A stretch of DNA of 64,000 bases from Lingula anatina (lineage: Eukaryota > Animalia > Brachiopoda): contig CM120642.1 in NCBI GenBank assembly GCA_051362555.1, positions 29,264,001 to 29,328,000 on the forward strand, given 5' to 3'. Position 1 is the first letter of the stretch. Each line of letters starts with the position of its first letter. Below are positions 61,701 through 64,000 of this stretch, piece after piece. A program made the translations under genes and the position numbers. The notes under the pieces are model-generated. The model had not been told where the DNA came from. It saw nothing but the letters and a program-made list of their open reading frames with translations, and did no database searches.

Positions 61701-62569
61701 CGTCTGCAAACAGAAACCTGGCTTGACACCGTTGCAGTGTTTCCTGGGCTGCAATGCCCCCTAGTGTTGGGTCAATAGGCAAATAAGCACACCCTGCCTT
61801 CATAATCCTGTGAATGGAAAAATATCATATATTAATGTAATTTCAAGGGACTCTATGTTTTTCCCAAATCCAAGTAATTAAGAAACAAAATTTGATGCAA
61901 TTTAATTATCCATTAATTATATTTAAAAAAATGCCATTAAAAGAAAGTAGAGGTGACAATAATCTACAAGGAGTAGGTGGGAATCCCTAGCAAGCAACCA
62001 GATGGTCTGGTGATATGTTAGTTGGACTATTTCCAGTTAAGATTTTTCACAATCTGAACCAAAATAAAATGTTTACAAGGTACATACATACCCTATGAGC
62101 ACAGCAGGCATAAGCAGATTAGGATTTACCATAACTCCAACAATTTCACCAGGAGAACAGCCAGCTTTCTTCAGCAGCTCACTAACCTAAAACAGATGGT
62201 ACATAGATTATCAGTTCCACTTATATTCCTTACAGTTATTATAAAAATCATGTATAAACAGCTTTGTAAGTATCAACTGAAATGTGCCATGTACATATAG
62301 GACAAAAACAGAACAAAATGACAATCAACAAAGTTCTCTCAATAATTCCAGCACACTTACAAGAGAAGAAGTCTACCCACTAACTGCAAACTAAATGCAT
62401 TACACATACAACCATGGTTTACTCAGTTAATTACCCTTACCGCTAGACTGTGTCTGTTCAGTTGACTGTATGTTACAGATGTCGATTGCAATCCATCATC
62501 AAATACAACTGCAGTTGAATGTGCTTGCTGCTGTGCACTCAACTCAAACAGAGCGTGTAAGCTCTGCAT
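51591..62569 (-). CDS. AASDH: Beta-alanine-activating enzyme / acyl-CoA synthetase family member 4 (NRPS-like adenylation + carrier + PQQ-type beta-propeller), complete, 16 coding exons
   Basis: Exons (minus strand): 62441-62569, 62092-62186, 61687-61807, 61134-61348 (AYVITTSGTTGIPK), 60676-60868 (SPLTFDPS), 58039-58268 (LGGE, NIYGITEVSCW), 57788-57903, 57339-57532 (TGD, GRKDEQIKRHGKR), 56808-57009, 55644-55741 (HGKVD), 54720-55354 (GGNSL; KCVDASP), 54339-54487 (GSHSH, DRIESSP), 53725-53888, 53095-53220, 52491-52631, 51591-52082 (LPGEVFSSP...VGCRDDYIYCL). Confidence 0.96.
55753..55810. repeat. (TAA)n(TTA)n palindromic trinucleotide microsatellite next to an AASDH splice acceptor
   Basis: Directly visible; the two halves are reverse complements. 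Confidence 0.9.
58645..60590. mobile_element. 1.95-kb non-autonomous TIR DNA transposon with TA TSD in AASDH intron 5
   Basis: TA at 58643-58644 and 60591-60592. The 25-bp TIRs CGGTAAAGTCTTGAAAATTTTGTCG / CGACGAAATTTTCAAGACTTTACCG match at 24/25. Subterminal TTGAAAATTTCGTC copies; internal about 50-bp repeats arranged in about 270-310-bp higher-order units (59200-60100). Confidence 0.9.
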
Positions 62570-63273
62570 GTTTATCAGGTTTACTAGGTCCTGTACATTT
62601 ACAAGTCTTCTGTATGAGCCATTTTCTGCAGCTTGTTACTGAAATTCAAATAAAATATAATAACCTTTATTAATTTTACTAAATCCGGTGAAGGGACACT
62701 TCATCACACATATCAACTTCATTATGATGTGATGACAACAGAAAAAAAAAAACCAAGGCTTATTTCCTCTCAGTGGGCCCCACTTTCTGCGTTGACTGTG
62801 CCCTGTGTGTTTGGCAACTGAAAATTAAAATCCCGCTCTGGTAAACTTAACAAGGCCCAAAGATAAGACAAGAAAGAAAGCTTCATCGGTATAAAATAAT
62901 GGTATGTATTTTTTAATTCACCTTATCTTTAACAGCGATGCAACTGAGCAAAAGTTCGGATTCCGTTAAAAAAAAAATGTTCGACTACCTGGGCGCTGAC
63001 ATATTTGTAGCTCCGCAGACAATGTTATTTATTGTTTTAAATTCGAGAAATCATACTTTGTAATGCTTCTGATAAAAATCTTTTTAATTATAAAAAAAAA
63101 TGTTCTACGTTTTGATTAGATGTTTTTAGTAAACTGCTTAAGAATATCAACTTTATACTTTAAAATATCCAGTGCGAGACCATTATCTGAAAAAATGCGC
63201 CAGGTGTGAACCGATAACAATTGCACAGAAATTTCACCGGTGTAGGGTTTTGAGAGATCAGCGTAATATAGAA
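62570..63273. promoter_or_regulatory. Putative bidirectional promoter and 5' UTR region shared by AASDH and ANAPC10
   Basis: Divergent start codons about 700 bp apart. Splice acceptors precede both first coding exons (62639-62640 minus; about 63244-63245 plus). Confidence 0.6.
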
Positions 63274-63896
63274 ATGGCCCTGAAAGTTTCAGGTCAGCAA
63301 GACACTGATCCATTCAAAGGTGAACACGATGGCAAAGTGAGGGAGGTGGGAAACCAGGCAGTGTGGTCTTTATCTTCATGTAAACCAGGTAAGATAAAAA
63401 AAAATGCTTCACACATGCAGGATCTTGGTAAAAGTTAAAAAGAATAATGAAGGGTTGGTCTACAGGATAAGACTAGGAAATTTGTTAAAAATGCAGAATG
63501 GAAGTGCTTTAAAAACTAGTCTTACTCATTGTCATTGGTAATCAGTTTGCCTAGTTCAAATTCTGTTTTGAAGGGGGGGGGGGGTACTATGAATACTGTT
63601 TAATTCAATTAAAATCTTCATCGATCAGCATCAGTTAAATGACATTGTTGGAAACGAAATCATTCATCGCATTGATGCCTCAAACCTATTCTGTTCAATA
63701 CAACCAGTCCTTTGTACAATACTTTCTTTCAAGGTTTTGGAGTTGAGCAGCTCCGTGATGAATCCATGGACACATACTGGCAGTCAGATGGACCCCAGCC
63801 TCACTTGGTCAATATACAGTTCCGCAGGAAGATGACCATTCAGAATATCTGTATATATGCAGACTACAAGTCAGATGAAAGTTACACGCCAAATAA
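63274..63896 (+). CDS. ANAPC10: Anaphase-promoting complex subunit 10 (APC10/Doc1), 3'-partial
   Basis: Exons 63274-63388 (REVGNQAVWSLSSCKPG) and 63734-63896 (FGVEQLRDESMDTYWQSDGPQPHLVNIQFRRK...YADYKSDESYTP). The gene continues beyond the window. Confidence 0.97.
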
Positions 63897-63922
63897 GTAT
63901 GCATTAAAATGCATGTGCTTTG

Positions 63923-63953
<31 letters not shown>

Positions 63954-64000
63954 TTTCTTTCAGCGAGATATGGTTTTATATTGACTATCTAAGGGGGCAT

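Noticed and set aside
51591-62569. NRPS-like gene as horizontal transfer from bacteria or a secondary-metabolite cluster
   Set aside because: The domain order and motifs match the conserved animal AASDH/ACSF4, it has 15 ordinary spliceosomal introns, and the neighbours are unrelated housekeeping genes

Overview
AT-rich, intron-containing animal genomic DNA. The gene content and repeat types suggest a marine invertebrate, probably a lophotrochozoan (inference). Genes read by hand from GT-AG splice sites: the 3' part of a TRPC-family channel (+, 254-11112); a complete 15-exon RanGAP1 (-, 15262-24423); a small uncharacterised HEAT-repeat protein head-to-head with it (+, 25058-25895); two tandem intronless class-A GPCRs; a single-coding-exon LRR transmembrane receptor; a complete 16-exon AASDH/ACSF4 (-, 51591-62569); and the 5' part of ANAPC10 (+). 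A roughly 13-kb repeat island (38.1-51.0 kb) consists of concatenated and nested non-autonomous Helentron-type (HINE) elements with 161-bp tandem units. Two TA-flanked TIR elements with different termini share an internal repeat module. Several small foldback MITEs are scattered through the window. The most striking observation is an in-frame alternative terminal exon hidden in the largest RanGAP1 intron ([14 protein letters not shown]). It would replace the SUMO/nuclear-pore-anchoring domain with a canonical CRM1 export signal, giving a fungal-style RanGAP isoform. All coordinates and translations were read manually; no searches were run.
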